A stretch of DNA of 64,000 nucleotides. It comes from Candidatus Versatilivorator sp. GTDB lineage: Bacteria > Acidobacteriota > Terriglobia > Versatilivoradales > Versatilivoraceae. Every line of letters begins with the position of its first letter. The stretch's first letter is position 1. Under the pieces are notes generated by a model. The model searched no databases. It was not told the origin of the DNA and saw nothing but the letters and a program-made list of their open reading frames with translations. Shown here one piece after another: positions 10,862 to 21,583 of the stretch. The stretch lies in NCBI GenBank assembly GCA_965207735.1, contig OZ242296.1:4512001-4576000 (forward strand). The letters are read 5' to 3'. A program made the translations under genes and the position numbers.

Positions 10862-12348
10862 GAGCCTTTTGCAAAATTCGCAGATAGCGGGAATTTTCAC
10901 GTGGGGAAAGATCAAGGAGGGCAGGTGGAAGGAGGGGCAAGACCACTGTCTGTTGTATCATGAAGGTGTCTGAACCACATGATGAACGGAGGTGGAACTT
11001 GCCCCTTAGGGAAACCCTATCACGACACTGGTTCCGGTTTCAACGAGAGCTGTTTCCCCTGCTGGAGGAAGTTTTGGGGCCTCTGGGAGAGCGTTACCAG
11101 CGGCTGGTGCAGGTATTGGAGTTGGTGCGGGTGGAGGAGTTGCTGCCTTACAGTCGGGGCTGGCGTGGCCGGCCGCTGGAGGATCGGGCAGTGCTGGCGC
11201 GAGCCTATCTGGCGAAGTCGATGCTGGAGGTGGCGACCACGCGGGGATTGGTGGAGCGGCTGAGGAGTGAGGGGAGGCTGCGGCGGCTGTGCGGCTGGGA
11301 GAGGGCGTGGGAGGTACCGAGCGAGTCGACCTTCTCGCGGGCCTTTGCGGAATTCGCTGAGAGCGACCTGCCGGGGCGTTTGCACGAGGCATTGCTGGAG
11401 GAGACGCTGAAGGGCCACTTGGCGGGGCATGTGTCGAGGGACTCGACGGCGATTGCGGGACGGGAAAAGCCAGCGGCCAAGGCTGCGCCGGAGGCCAAGC
11501 GGAAACGCCGGCGGGGCCGGCCGCCGAAGGGCGAGCGACGGCCCAAGCGGTTGAGCCGGCTGGAGCGGCAGGGGTCGATGACGCTGGAGGAAATGTTGAA
11601 GGAGTTGCCCAAGGCCTGCGACATCGGCGTCAAGCGCAACGCCAAGGGGCATCAGGAGAGCTGGACCGGCTACAAGCTACACCTCGACGCCATTGACGGC
11701 GGGATTCCGGTCAGTTGTCTGCTGACCTCGGCCTCGGTGCATGACTCTCAGGCAGCCATTCCGCTGGCGACGCTGACGGCAAGGCGGGTCGAGAGTCTCT
11801 ACGACTTGATGGACAGCGCCTACGATGCGCCGGAGATCCGGGCCTTCAGTGAGAAGCTGGGGCATGTGCCGATTATTGACGTCAACCCCCGCCGAAGAGC
11901 TACCTTGAAAGCCGAGCGGAAGCGGGAGGCACTGGCCCGGCGCTGTATCGGCCAAGTGACTCCCGAGGCGCGGCGCTACCGGGAACGCTCGACGGTGGAG
12001 CGGGTCAACGGACGGCTCAAGGAGGAGTTTGGCGGGAGGCAGGTGAGGGTTCGCGGCCCCGACAAGGTGAGGTGCCACCTGATGTTCGGCATTCTGGCCC
12101 TGACGGTGGATCAGTTGATGCGCCTGACGCTCTGAAGACCGGGTTGCCACCCCCAACCGCACAGCAGGTTCGCCCGCCTCAAGGCCGGGAGAGGGTAAGC
12201 TGTGCCTGCGTCCGGCGACCGCTGGCCATCCGGCCATCAGATTCGGGCTTTTTCCTTCAAAAGGGTCTTTGCAGCTGGGTAGTCACCGCCGGAACATCAC
12301 TGTTGCCAGCCCAATGTCATGCCCGATTCCGAATTTTGCAAAAGGCTC
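10862..12348 (+). mobile_element. Insertion sequence (DDE, IS5/IS1182-like), 1487 bp, copy 1
   Basis: 19-bp TIR GAGCCTTTTGCAAAATTCG; 4-bp TSD GTCT (10858-10861 and 12349-12352). Confidence 0.93.
10960..12135 (+). CDS. DDE transposase
   Basis: PSESTFSR, RDSTAI, GYKLHL, MDSAYD and RSTVERVNGRLK motifs. Confidence 0.93.
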   Translation: MKVSEPHDERRWNLPLRETLSRHWFRFQRELFPLLEEVLGPLGERYQRLVQVLELVRVEELLPYSRGWRGRPLEDRAVLARAYLAKSMLEVATTRGLVERLRSEGRLRRLCGWERAWEVPSESTFSRAFAEFAESDLPGRLHEALLEETLKGHLAGHVSRDSTAIAGREKPAAKAAPEAKRKRRRGRPPKGERRPKRLSRLERQGSMTLEEMLKELPKACDIGVKRNAKGHQESWTGYKLHLDAIDGGIPVSCLLTSASVHDSQAAIPLATLTARRVESLYDLMDSAYDAPEIRAFSEKLGHVPIIDVNPRRRATLKAERKREALARRCIGQVTPEARRYRERSTVERVNGRLKEEFGGRQVRVRGPDKVRCHLMFGILALTVDQLMRLTL

Positions 12349-12621
12349 GTCTACCAAAAATGGTATTTGAATAATGATGGCGAAGCATTATCCTGGCGAA
12401 GCATTATCCTTAGGTGACCGTGGTCACCGGTAAACCAAGATCGATCGACGGAGCAAGAACGCGCGGTGAGCAGCACGAGATTCCCATCCGTCACGATCTC
12501 GACCCAGGGGTTGGGAGTTCGATAGCCGAGTTGCCAAGTATCCCCGGGAAGTCCGATGGCCTGTATGCCAATCAGTTGCAAGGGTCTGCCTGACGTTGTG
12601 ATTGCGATTGAGGATCATGCC

Positions 12622-12765
12622 ATGCAGATTCCATCTCTGGATGTCCCGTCCTGGGTGCTAGGCGTCGGCGCTTTCTTGCTTGCGCTGTGGGCTTTCTGCC
12701 GGATCGGATTGTGGCTGGTAGCAAACGTCGCGCGTGATGTCCGGGAGCAGATTGAGGGCGAATAG
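12622..12765 (+). CDS. Small single-pass membrane protein (hypothetical)
   Basis: GAGGA RBS; one hydrophobic segment followed by a charged tail. Confidence 0.4.
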   Translation: MQIPSLDVPSWVLGVGAFLLALWAFCRIGLWLVANVARDVREQIEGE

Positions 12766-12911
12766 GCGCAATCCGGCCTGGCGCCACGCGGTGAGGCTCG
12801 AAGGCGCTGAGAGTGTTTCGATGCGCGGTTTTGAGGTATCCGGCAGGTCGGGCACCGGGAAACCCCAGCTTGGCCGGCAAGGTGCAAGTTCCGAGGAAAC
12901 CGGGAGAGGCA

Positions 12912-13322
12912 ATGCCGAGTGAACTAATCCTCCGCGTACTTGAAACCGGGCAGGAACGCCTCTTGTCGTCGGATGTGGTGTCGCAGTCATCGCTTGATTC
13001 GCTCGAACCCAGCCTGACCGAGGCCCTTGAAAACGACCTGCCGGTTTCGGTCCGAGGCAGGTTCTGGATCCGGGGCGGTTTCTGGCTTCGGGCCAAGGTC
13101 GAACAGGGCAGGATGCAGGCCCGCGTGTGGCATAGCGAGGAGGCATCCGGGATATCCCTGATAGTGATGAGCGTCAGTCGGACATGCGGTGAGGGGATGC
13201 CGCTGCTTGAGGTGAGCCTGGCAGGCATGCACACGGCTGTTGTGGCGCGCGAGGTGACCCTGGAGTTGGGAGACCTGATGTCGCAAATTGCCTGGTGCTG
13301 GCTGCTGAGGAGCGTCAGCTAA
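12912..13322 (+). CDS. Hypothetical protein, paralog of 16635-17072
   Basis: Shares RVLETGQERLLS, EALENDL, GGFWLRAKV, LEVSLAGMHT and AWCWLLR with the paralog; RBS GGAGAGG. Confidence 0.75.
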   Translation: MPSELILRVLETGQERLLSSDVVSQSSLDSLEPSLTEALENDLPVSVRGRFWIRGGFWLRAKVEQGRMQARVWHSEEASGISLIVMSVSRTCGEGMPLLEVSLAGMHTAVVAREVTLELGDLMSQIAWCWLLRSVS

Positions 13323-13917
13323 GGGAGGGACAGGGAGCAACCCCTCCCGGGAATGCGCCGGTTTGCTTTTGCTGTTGTGCGTCGCTATGGCCCGAATTGT
13401 AGGTGGGATTTTGAACTTAAGAGCACATCGAAGGAGAAGATAGAGAAAATAGATTTTTGTAATGCCCCAATTATATCAAGTCCATGCCATTGCAGTATTT
13501 GCAGTATTGGAATGAATTACGCCTTCCTTCCTGGCCAAAGCGAATCACCCATTTACCGAAACTGCTCATTGGCCTCATCGCCCCGACAGCCAAACTCCCA
13601 CTCGGTGTTTATACCGTGCAAGTCGTGTGTACGGTCAATATCCCCCGCCTTGCCATTTCTTGGGACAGTGATGTGAGAGACGGTATGCGAAGCTGCAGGA
13701 GAGGTCGATCCCTCTTTGTCCGGAGGAAGGAATGGAGCATCCGGGGACACGAATTGAGCCTGTGGTATAAACTGTAGGCAGAGACTGAGTGTGAAAATGA
13801 CGCAACATCCAGGGGGCGCGGGTCTGTCCTGCTCCCAAGAGGTTTCCGACAACCAGGCCGCGCTTCTCGAGCGCATGCACCGCTTCGATGTATTCCGAAT
13901 CCAAAGGAGCAACTCAG

Positions 13918-16137
13918 ATGCTTAGACGAACGATATCCATAATCACCCTGCTGGCGATCGGGATCTCTCCGGTCGCGCCGATCAGCTTGGCAGGCGCCAA
14001 GGACAAGGCGCCCGACAATGACTACTGGTGGCCTAACCGGCTGAGCCTCGAACCGCTGCGCCAGGCGTCTCGGGAATCCGGACCGGTCGGCAACGGCTTC
14101 GACTATGCCAAGGCGTTCAAGAGTCTCGACCTGCATGCGTTGAAGGCGGATCTCACCAAGCTGATGACGACTTCCCAGGACTGGTGGCCGGCGGACTATG
14201 GCCACTACGGACCCTTTTTCATTCGCATGGCCTGGCACAGTGCCGGCACCTATCGAACCATCGACGGACGGGGTGGCGGTGACGGTGGACTGCAGCGCCT
14301 GGCTCCGCTGAACAGCTGGCCCGATAACGCCAACCTGGACAAGGCGACGCGATTGCTCTGGCCGATCAAGGAGAAGTACGGCCGCAAGATCTCCTGGGCC
14401 GACCTGCTGATCCTGGCGGGTGACGTGGCCATGGAATCCATGGGCTTCAAGACCCTGGGTTTCGCTGGCGGTCGTGTCGATGCCTGGCATCCCGAGGACG
14501 TGAACTGGGGACCTGAGGGCGAGTGGCTCGCCTTCGATCGACGCGACAAGGACGGCAAGCTGCGTCCTCCTCTTGGAGCCTCCCAGATGGGCCTGATTTA
14601 CGTGAATCCTCAGGGTCCGGGCGGCAAACCCAATCCTCAGGCGTCCGCTCAGGCCATTCGAGAGGCTTTCGGTCGCATGGGGATGAATGATGAAGAGACG
14701 GCTGCGCTGATTGCCGGGGGCCATACCTTTGGCAAGGCCCATGGCGCCGCCGATCCGTCCAAGTACGTCGGTGTGGAGCCGGAGGCCGGCGATATCGAAG
14801 CCCAGGGGTTCGGTTGGAAAAACAAGTACGGCAAAGGCAATCGCGGCGACACCATCACCAGTGGTCTGGAAGGTGCGTGGACGCGGAACCCGGCGGCCTG
14901 GACCCACAACTTCCTGGAAAACTTGTACGGCTATGAGTGGGAGCAGACCCGGAGCCCCGGCGGGGCAATCCAGTGGAAGCCGGCCGGCGGCGCCGCGGCC
15001 GACCTGGTTCCGGATGCCCACGATCCGTCCAAGCGGCATGCACCCATGATGCTCACCACCGACATCGCCCTGAGGGCCGACCCGGCCTATCGCGAGATCA
15101 CCTCACGCTGGCTCAAGAACCCCAAAGAGTTCGAGGACGCTTTCGCCCGGGCCTGGTTCAAGCTGATTCACCGCGACCTGGGTCCGAGGTCGCGTTACCT
15201 CGGCGATTTGGCGCCTGACCGGGAATTCGTATGGCAAGACCCGATTCCTGCAGTCGATCACGCCTTGATCGATGCCAAGGACGCGGCCGCGCTGAAGGCC
15301 GAGATTGTGGGCTCCGGGCTGTCTACCGCTGAATTGGTCAGGGCCGCCTGGGCCTCGGCGTCCACTTTCCGCGGCACCGACATGCGCGGCGGCGCCAACG
15401 GGGGACGTATCCGCCTGGCGCCCCAGAAGGGTTGGGCTGCAAACGATCCGGCCGAGCTGGGCCGCGTGTTGAAGACCCTGGAGGGAATCCGGAGCGGTTT
15501 CAACGGCGCCCAGTCCGGCGGCAAGCGGGTCTCTCTGGCCGACCTGGTCGTCCTCGGCGGCGCCGCTGCCATCGAGAAGGCGGCAAAGAAGGCCGGGATG
15601 GATGTGGATGTGCCCTTTGCACCCGGCCGTACCGACGCCTCGGCGGAGCAGACCGACGCGAGCTCCTTTGCCCTGCTCGAACCCACCGCGGACGGGTTCC
15701 GCAATTACTTCGCCGGCCGCAACTCCCGATCTCCGGTGGAGAGGCTGGTGGAGAAGGCGGCTATGCTGAAGCTGACGGTCTCTGAAATGGCAGTGCTTGT
15801 CGGTGGCATGCGAGCGTTGAATGCCAATTCGGGAGGCTCTGGTCACGGAGTGTTCACCGACCGTCCCGGCACTCTGAGCAACGACTTCTTCGTCAACCTG
15901 GTCGACATGTCAACCCAGTGGACCAAGTCCTCCACCGCGGGCATCTACGAAGGTCGTGACCGCGCCACGGGTGAGGTCAAGTGGACGGCTACCCCGGTTG
16001 ACCTGATCTTTGGTTCCAACTCCGAGCTGCGCTCAGTGACCGAGTTCTACGCGGCCGGGGACGCCAAGGAAGACTTCGTGCAGGACTTCATTGCAGCCTG
16101 GACCAAGGTGATGACCCTGGACCGCTTCGACCTGTAG
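13918..16137 (+). CDS. katG: Catalase-peroxidase with N-terminal signal peptide
   Basis: [33 protein letters not shown] and [10 protein letters not shown]; RBS AAAGGAG; signal [15 protein letters not shown]...AGA. Confidence 0.97.
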   Translation: MLRRTISIITLLAIGISPVAPISLAGAKDKAPDNDYWWPNRLSLEPLRQASRESGPVGNGFDYAKAFKSLDLHALKADLTKLMTTSQDWWPADYGHYGPFFIRMAWHSAGTYRTIDGRGGGDGGLQRLAPLNSWPDNANLDKATRLLWPIKEKYGRKISWADLLILAGDVAMESMGFKTLGFAGGRVDAWHPEDVNWGPEGEWLAFDRRDKDGKLRPPLGASQMGLIYVNPQGPGGKPNPQASAQAIREAFGRMGMNDEETAALIAGGHTFGKAHGAADPSKYVGVEPEAGDIEAQGFGWKNKYGKGNRGDTITSGLEGAWTRNPAAWTHNFLENLYGYEWEQTRSPGGAIQWKPAGGAAADLVPDAHDPSKRHAPMMLTTDIALRADPAYREITSRWLKNPKEFEDAFARAWFKLIHRDLGPRSRYLGDLAPDREFVWQDPIPAVDHALIDAKDAAALKAEIVGSGLSTAELVRAAWASASTFRGTDMRGGANGGRIRLAPQKGWAANDPAELGRVLKTLEGIRSGFNGAQSGGKRVSLADLVVLGGAAAIEKAAKKAGMDVDVPFAPGRTDASAEQTDASSFALLEPTADGFRNYFAGRNSRSPVERLVEKAAMLKLTVSEMAVLVGGMRALNANSGGSGHGVFTDRPGTLSNDFFVNLVDMSTQWTKSSTAGIYEGRDRATGEVKWTATPVDLIFGSNSELRSVTEFYAAGDAKEDFVQDFIAAWTKVMTLDRFDL

Positions 16138-16244
16138 CGGTAAGGTCGTAGCCAAATCAACGGCTCCGGAGCCGCTGAAAGGCGGCTCCCACCGAGCGCC
16201 CGGTCGGGGAGTCCACACGAACTGTCCCTGATCCGGAAAAACGC

Positions 16245-16279
16245 AAAACGGCGGCATTCCCCATGCCGCCGTTTTTTTT
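16245..16279 (+). terminator. Rho-independent terminator downstream of katG (potentially bidirectional)
   Basis: AAAACGGCGGCAT-tcccc-ATGCCGCCG-TTTTTTTT. Confidence 0.8.
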
Positions 16280-16345
16280 GCCCGCTGGCGCGCACATGCC
16301 AATCACTCCACCGTGTAGCGGAAAAGCAATGCCGTAGGTTGACGG

Positions 16346-16395
16346 CCCCCCCCGGGAGCGCGGGCGTCCCGCCCGCATCCTTATTCCTGCAATCA
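16346..16395 (-). repeat. REP-like palindrome GCGGGCGGGACGCCCGCGCTCCC
   Basis: Reverse copy including the TGATTGCAGGAATAAGGAT leader shared with 25391 and 25743. Confidence 0.85.
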
Positions 16396-16634
16396 TCCCG
16401 CGGTCCACGCCACTCCCTTACAATGCCTCGGCCTATCACTCCGGCTCCAACCAATCGAGAACGCCACCCTCCCCGGCTGCTTTTGTAAACGATGTATGCG
16501 GTTTGTATCGTTACCCGTCCCTCTCCCCCGTGCCTATCGAGCGTCATTTAAGGAGCGCTTCCGTCACTGGCTCCAATCCTTGCATTGACACGCTGAATCA
16601 GGTTACGCGGAATATTTTCCAGAGGTAGCTCCGT

Positions 16635-17072
16635 GTGAGTTTTCTCTGCGCAGTCCCGGCAAGTGCCAACCGGAAGCCGGAAAAACTTTTTTTCGTCCGC
16701 CGCGTCCTTGAGACGGGACAGGAGCGTCTCTTATCGGCTGATGACGTGTCGCGGGTAACGCTCGACGAACTGCAGCCGAGACTTGCCGAAGCCCTTGAGA
16801 ACGATCTGGTGGTAACGATCAAAGGTGGGTTTTGGCTCCGGGCCAAGGTTAACCATGGCAGGCTGCACGCACGCGTGTGGCATGGCAACGGGCCTCAGAG
16901 GACAACCCAGATAGCGATGGCCGTGAGTCGGACAAGCTATGAGGGGGTGCCGGTGCTTGAGGTGAGCCTTGCTGGAATGCACACCACCATTGGCGAGCCT
17001 GATATGATCCTGGAGATGAGTGACCTGGTCGAACGCCTTGCTTGGTGTTGGCTGCTGAGATTCGCCGGCTGA
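16635..17072 (+). CDS. Hypothetical protein, paralog of 12912-13322
   Basis: Colinear amino-acid similarity with synonymous divergence; start codon uncertain. Confidence 0.7.
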   Translation: MSFLCAVPASANRKPEKLFFVRRVLETGQERLLSADDVSRVTLDELQPRLAEALENDLVVTIKGGFWLRAKVNHGRLHARVWHGNGPQRTTQIAMAVSRTSYEGVPVLEVSLAGMHTTIGEPDMILEMSDLVERLAWCWLLRFAG

Positions 17073-17176
17073 TCCGTTGCTGTTGTTTCAACAGCAGTCA
17101 TCCCGCGAGTTCGATCTCAAGCAGGCCCCGGCACGCCCGGCGCAGAACGCCCAGCAAGCCGCCGAGAATCCCCCCC

Positions 17177-18022
17177 TCAATCCATCCCCAGCACCTTCAA
17201 AGAATCCCGATCCAGCAACTCCTCGATAAAAGCCTTCGGGACCGGCGGCAGACCGGCCCGCTCAGCCATGCTGGACGCGTGATAAAGAGCGCGGACGCTG
17301 TCGTCCACTCCGACATAAGGGTAATCCGAGCCGAAGAGAATCTTGTGGGCCACGTCGTATTCGATGGCCGTGACCAGCGCCTCGTAGAAACGCAGAGGCC
17401 GGATGCAGAACCCCGACATGTCGGCATACACGTTCTTGTGCTTGCGAACGATCATCACGGCATCGGTGTGCCAGGGGTGCCCGATGTGGCAGATCATCTG
17501 CCGCAGCTTGGGGAACCGTTGGGCGACCTCATCCAGCAGAATGGGTTTCGACCAACGCAAGGGGGTAATGGCAAAGGGAGTCGTGCTCTGATGCCAGAAG
17601 ACGGGAATGTCGAGCTCCTGGGCCTTGCGGTAAAGCGGGTCGTGGCAGGGGTCAGCCGGGTTGAAATCCTGGTAGGCGCCGCTCAACTTGACCGCTCGAA
17701 AGCCGAAAACCCTGACCGCATGCTCCAACTGCTCGATACAGCCGGGATCGTTGGGGTCCACGCTGGCCACGCCCACCAGCTTGTCCGGGTGCTGCCGGAC
17801 ATACTCATGGACATAATCGTTGGGAACCACCAGGCCGGCGGCATTCATCATCATGGCGAAAACGGCCGCCCGCTCCACTTTCTGCGCCACCTGTTCCCAG
17901 TGCTCCTCGGGCGGACAGTGGCACTTGTTGGTCTTGCCGTAGCTGGCCTCGACCTCCGCGATGGTCCTGTCGGCCCAGTGACGCCGTTCGTAGATATGGC
18001 TGTGGATATCGACTTTGATCAT
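17177..18022 (-). CDS. Amidohydrolase-2 family protein
   Basis: DIHSH metal motif, ICHIGHPW, VYADMS and ILFGSDYP; RBS AGGAGG. Confidence 0.92.
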   Translation of the reverse strand: MIKVDIHSHIYERRHWADRTIAEVEASYGKTNKCHCPPEEHWEQVAQKVERAAVFAMMMNAAGLVVPNDYVHEYVRQHPDKLVGVASVDPNDPGCIEQLEHAVRVFGFRAVKLSGAYQDFNPADPCHDPLYRKAQELDIPVFWHQSTTPFAITPLRWSKPILLDEVAQRFPKLRQMICHIGHPWHTDAVMIVRKHKNVYADMSGFCIRPLRFYEALVTAIEYDVAHKILFGSDYPYVGVDDSVRALYHASSMAERAGLPPVPKAFIEELLDRDSLKVLGMD

Positions 18023-18494
18023 CCCGCCTCCTCCTTTCCGGTTGTAAAAAAGGCCTATCCTATGCCGCTTGTCCCGAAGCGGACACTTCACTTGCTACTT
18101 ACACCGGACACTTCACTTGCTACCGACCCGTTCCCAACCACCCCTTGAGCTACCGGACGGAATCCACTAGGCTTGACAGCATCGTCCCCGAAAAGCAGTC
18201 GTCGAAAGCCCTGCTTGCGGCTTGCCGGTAATGCGACCGGCTCGACTGTCCTCCCGGGGGCTGCAACTGAGCTGTCAAGGCAGGGAAACTTGCACACAAG
18301 CCCGCGAATACAGAATCTCCCGACCTGGATACAACGCCGGGCAGTGCCCATAAACCGGTAGGATTCAGCCACCCGGCCATGACGTTAATCCCTTTCCCGG
18401 GGATTGTACAGGGGCGGGCCGCCCGCCGCCCAGGAACCTTCCGGGCAGGCGCGGACCCGGCCAACCGAAAAAGGAACCAGACCAAGGAGGCATC

Positions 18495-19667
18495 GTGATT
18501 CGAAGCAAACCCGTCAACCGCCTGCTCAAGGCTTCCATGGCGATCATGATTCTCGGCATCGGGTGCGGACCGTCGCCCGAAATACAGGTGTCTCCCCCCG
18601 GCCCCAGCCAGGCTGACCTGTTTGTGAGCGGGGAAGGCGGCTACCACACCTACCGGATTCCGGCCCTGATCGTCACCCGGCAGGGCAGTCTGCTGGCCTT
18701 TTGCGAAGGTCGAAAGAACAATCGCCGCGATCACGGCGACATCGACCTGCTGCTCAAGAGGAGCACCGACGGCGGTCAGACCTGGTCGGATCAGCAGATT
18801 GTGTACGAGGAGGGAGGATCGGAAGAAATCACCATCGGGAATCCCTGTCCCGTGGTGGACCGGGAAACCGGCACCATCTGGCTCCCCTTCTGCCGAGACA
18901 ACAAAGACGTTCTGATGACCAAGAGCATCGATGACGGTGTCAGTTGGTCAGACCCTGTCGATATCACCGCTAGCGTCAAGAAACCCGAGTGGACCTGGGT
19001 GGCAACCGGTCCCGGGATTGGAATTCAGCTTCACCAGGGACCCTACAAGGGCCGCCTGCTTATCCCCAGCGATCATGGAGTAGGCAGCGGCGAGGAGGGC
19101 GATGAAAGAGTTCAGTACTCTTACGTCTTCTACAGCGACGATCACGGCGAAACCTGGCAGCGTGGCGGCAGCGTCGCTCCCCACACGGACGAGTGCCAAC
19201 TGGTCCAGACAGACGACGGAAACCTCCTGATCAACATGCGCAACTACTGGGGGCGGCAAGGCGGCCGGCCCGACCGCGGAGGCATGCGGGCCCTGGCAAC
19301 AAGCCAGGACGGCGGTGCAACCTGGTCCGAACTCGCCTTCGACCCAACCCTCATCGAGCCCATCTGCCAAGCCAGCCTGATACGCCACTTGGGACACGGC
19401 GCTACCGACGAGTCACCCTCCCGGGTACTCTTTTCCAATCCGGCCAGTCCAACAGACCGGATCGACCTGACGGTGCGGCTCAGCTACGATTCGGGAAAGA
19501 CCTGGCCTGTCTCAAGACTGCTAAACGCCGGCCGCTCAGCCTATTCCAACCTGGCCATCCTCCCTGACGGGTCCATCGGCTGCCTCTACGAGCGCGGAAA
19601 GTCGATCCCTTACGAGACGATTACGTTCGCGCGGTTTACCATGGATTGGCTGGTGGGGGGAGGGTGA
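18495..19667 (+). CDS. Exo-alpha-sialidase (GH33-like), probable lipoprotein
   Basis: YRIP motif; Asp boxes STDGGQTW, SIDDGVSW, SDDHGETW, SQDGGATW and SYDSGKTW; lipobox-like LGIGC. Confidence 0.9.
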   Translation: MIRSKPVNRLLKASMAIMILGIGCGPSPEIQVSPPGPSQADLFVSGEGGYHTYRIPALIVTRQGSLLAFCEGRKNNRRDHGDIDLLLKRSTDGGQTWSDQQIVYEEGGSEEITIGNPCPVVDRETGTIWLPFCRDNKDVLMTKSIDDGVSWSDPVDITASVKKPEWTWVATGPGIGIQLHQGPYKGRLLIPSDHGVGSGEEGDERVQYSYVFYSDDHGETWQRGGSVAPHTDECQLVQTDDGNLLINMRNYWGRQGGRPDRGGMRALATSQDGGATWSELAFDPTLIEPICQASLIRHLGHGATDESPSRVLFSNPASPTDRIDLTVRLSYDSGKTWPVSRLLNAGRSAYSNLAILPDGSIGCLYERGKSIPYETITFARFTMDWLVGGG

Positions 19668-20099
19668 AGTGCTCGGCCCTGATTGAGGTTAGAGAACAAG
19701 TTAGGGTCGGTTGAACGAAAGGCGGGAAGTCACTGGCTGAGTGAGCTAAAGACTGGGGAGGGCAGGTCCCAAGCCGAGTTTTTCACTGAACGCACTCCCA
19801 GGCAGACATCGCAGTGGCCTGCCGCCTGGTGGCCGAGACGAAGGACAGCTCCCTGAACCCGAAGACCGGGGGGAAAAAAGGGGACGTTGTTGAATTACTG
19901 GAATAACTCTCCCAGTTTCTTATTCCTGACTGACCAAAACGGCGAAGCATATGCCTTCCCGAGCGCTTCGGCACGCTCGCAGGCACAGACACGGCGATTC
20001 GTCCTCAAAATGCGACCGAGTGGTCGCACCAAGCAGTTCCTCCAACGGTATCCTGGACTTTTCCTCCCTCTTGTCCTCTCTCTAGGCGTCGACAGAAAC

Positions 20100-20266
20100 G
20101 CCAGATAAGCGTTTTGGAGAAAAAGCATTCCGTCGAAGATACTGCTCTTGCCACAGCCGTTCGGGCCAACCAAAGCGACAATGCGGGAGGGGTTGTCGCC
20201 GAGATCAATTGTAAGGTCCTTGAAGCGCTTGTATCCGTTCTTCAATCTGATGGATCTGATTAACAT
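20100..20266 (-). pseudogene. Truncated AAA/ABC-type ATPase (N-terminal ~54 aa only)
   Basis: MLIRSIRLKNGYKRFKDL...LVGPNGCGKSSIFD Walker A, then similarity is lost. Confidence 0.75.
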
Positions 20267-20328
20267 GGCTCCTATAGGCGATTTTGCGAAGAATTAAGCT
20301 GCATTTACCGTACACTTTGAGCCGCGCC

Positions 20329-21207
20329 CTAAACACTGGCTCGCCGATCATAAGCTAGCCTTGACAACTCCTGCAGAACCTCTGGCTTCGTCTTAATGTC
20401 TTTGGTGGTCAGACGAAGGCGGTAGAGCCCCCATTTCTTGTTGTACTCAAACGTGTCGAGGCCTGCTTCGTCGATCTTGGCGTCAAGATTATTGGTCTGG
20501 GAAAGCTTTAACTCGAAATTGAGCGTGTTCTTCTTTGGCCTGAACGTCACAAAATTGTAGGGTTGCCCATCCTTCTCGACGCCGATATAGAACTTGTTGT
20601 ACTTCAGATTCAGAGTCGGATCGAAGCTGCGAAGAATCTCGAGCATCTGATCGGTCAGACCGACCGTTGCTTTGGTGGCACGTTTCTCCCAGTATGCACG
20701 ATCTGTAGGTGCCGCCTTGGCGTCCTCATCTTCGTCAATAAGTCCCCGCGAAAGTTCGTCCATGACCTTTGTAAAGACAATCGTAAGGTGGTCGCCTACC
20801 TTGAGAGCCTGCATCTGAATGGCGATCAGTGGAAGTGTTCCGTTGAAAAGCGAGACGACATTTAAAAAACGGCTTGTGATGTCCTCTGCGATGAGGACGG
20901 CGCAGTGCTCATATTGTGGGTAGCGCTTTTTCTCAATATCCCAATACTCGATCGTGCGGATGATATGGGCTTCATCCGTTGCCCCGAGTTGCAGTTCCAC
21001 TTCGTATCTTCGGTTTGTGTCAGTGTCTTGAAGCAGAAGATCGAGACGGCCTGCGCGCGGCTGTATTCGCTCCACGTCCCTAAGTACTAGGTCTCCAAGC
21101 CCGAGGATCGAAGGATCGTTTGCAATGAGGTCTTGCACCCATTTTTCGTTAAACTCAGGATGCCCTTTTAGCGGTATGGGTTCGGACTTCACGTACTTGT
21201 TACTCAT
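20329..21207 (-). CDS. PD-(D/E)xK nuclease (NucS/DUF4268-like N-terminus, DUF5655-like C-terminus)
   Basis: EKWVQDLIA...GRLDLL...YEVELQ motif pattern; LKYNKFYIG C-domain; lower GC than flanks. Confidence 0.75.
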   Translation of the reverse strand: MSNKYVKSEPIPLKGHPEFNEKWVQDLIANDPSILGLGDLVLRDVERIQPRAGRLDLLLQDTDTNRRYEVELQLGATDEAHIIRTIEYWDIEKKRYPQYEHCAVLIAEDITSRFLNVVSLFNGTLPLIAIQMQALKVGDHLTIVFTKVMDELSRGLIDEDEDAKAAPTDRAYWEKRATKATVGLTDQMLEILRSFDPTLNLKYNKFYIGVEKDGQPYNFVTFRPKKNTLNFELKLSQTNNLDAKIDEAGLDTFEYNKKWGLYRLRLTTKDIKTKPEVLQELSRLAYDRRASV

Positions 21208-21583
21208 ATTCACCTTTCACAATTGGTAAGCATTTCCAGTTGATGAAAATAGAACACATCCGTCGGTGGCGTGTTGTCCGACGCCTCATGGTGCCAGCGG
21301 TGTTGTAGTTTACACGAAAGGGACAATCTTCCATTGCGGGTCTCACGGACGGCAATAGTGTTGTAGCTGGACCACAGTTTTTGGATCAGCACCGTAAATT
21401 CATCCAGTAGCCGGCATTGGCAGTAGTCGGCACCATTGCTGCCTGCTGAGCGTTCTACTCTCACACCAGTCCAAACACCATCCGGACCGCAGGTTCCCGC
21501 GCTTCAGCGGAATATGGAATCGGTCTTCCCAGGAGGACCACAACCCTCTCAACGAACAGGATCCCTGCAAAACCCCGTGCGGT

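Noticed and set aside
19895-20100. C-terminal part of the 123-aa ORF as ATPase or as a RAYT transposase tail
   Set aside because: It is read-through after the truncation; the resemblance to RAYT C-termini (RPLG) is too weak to call.
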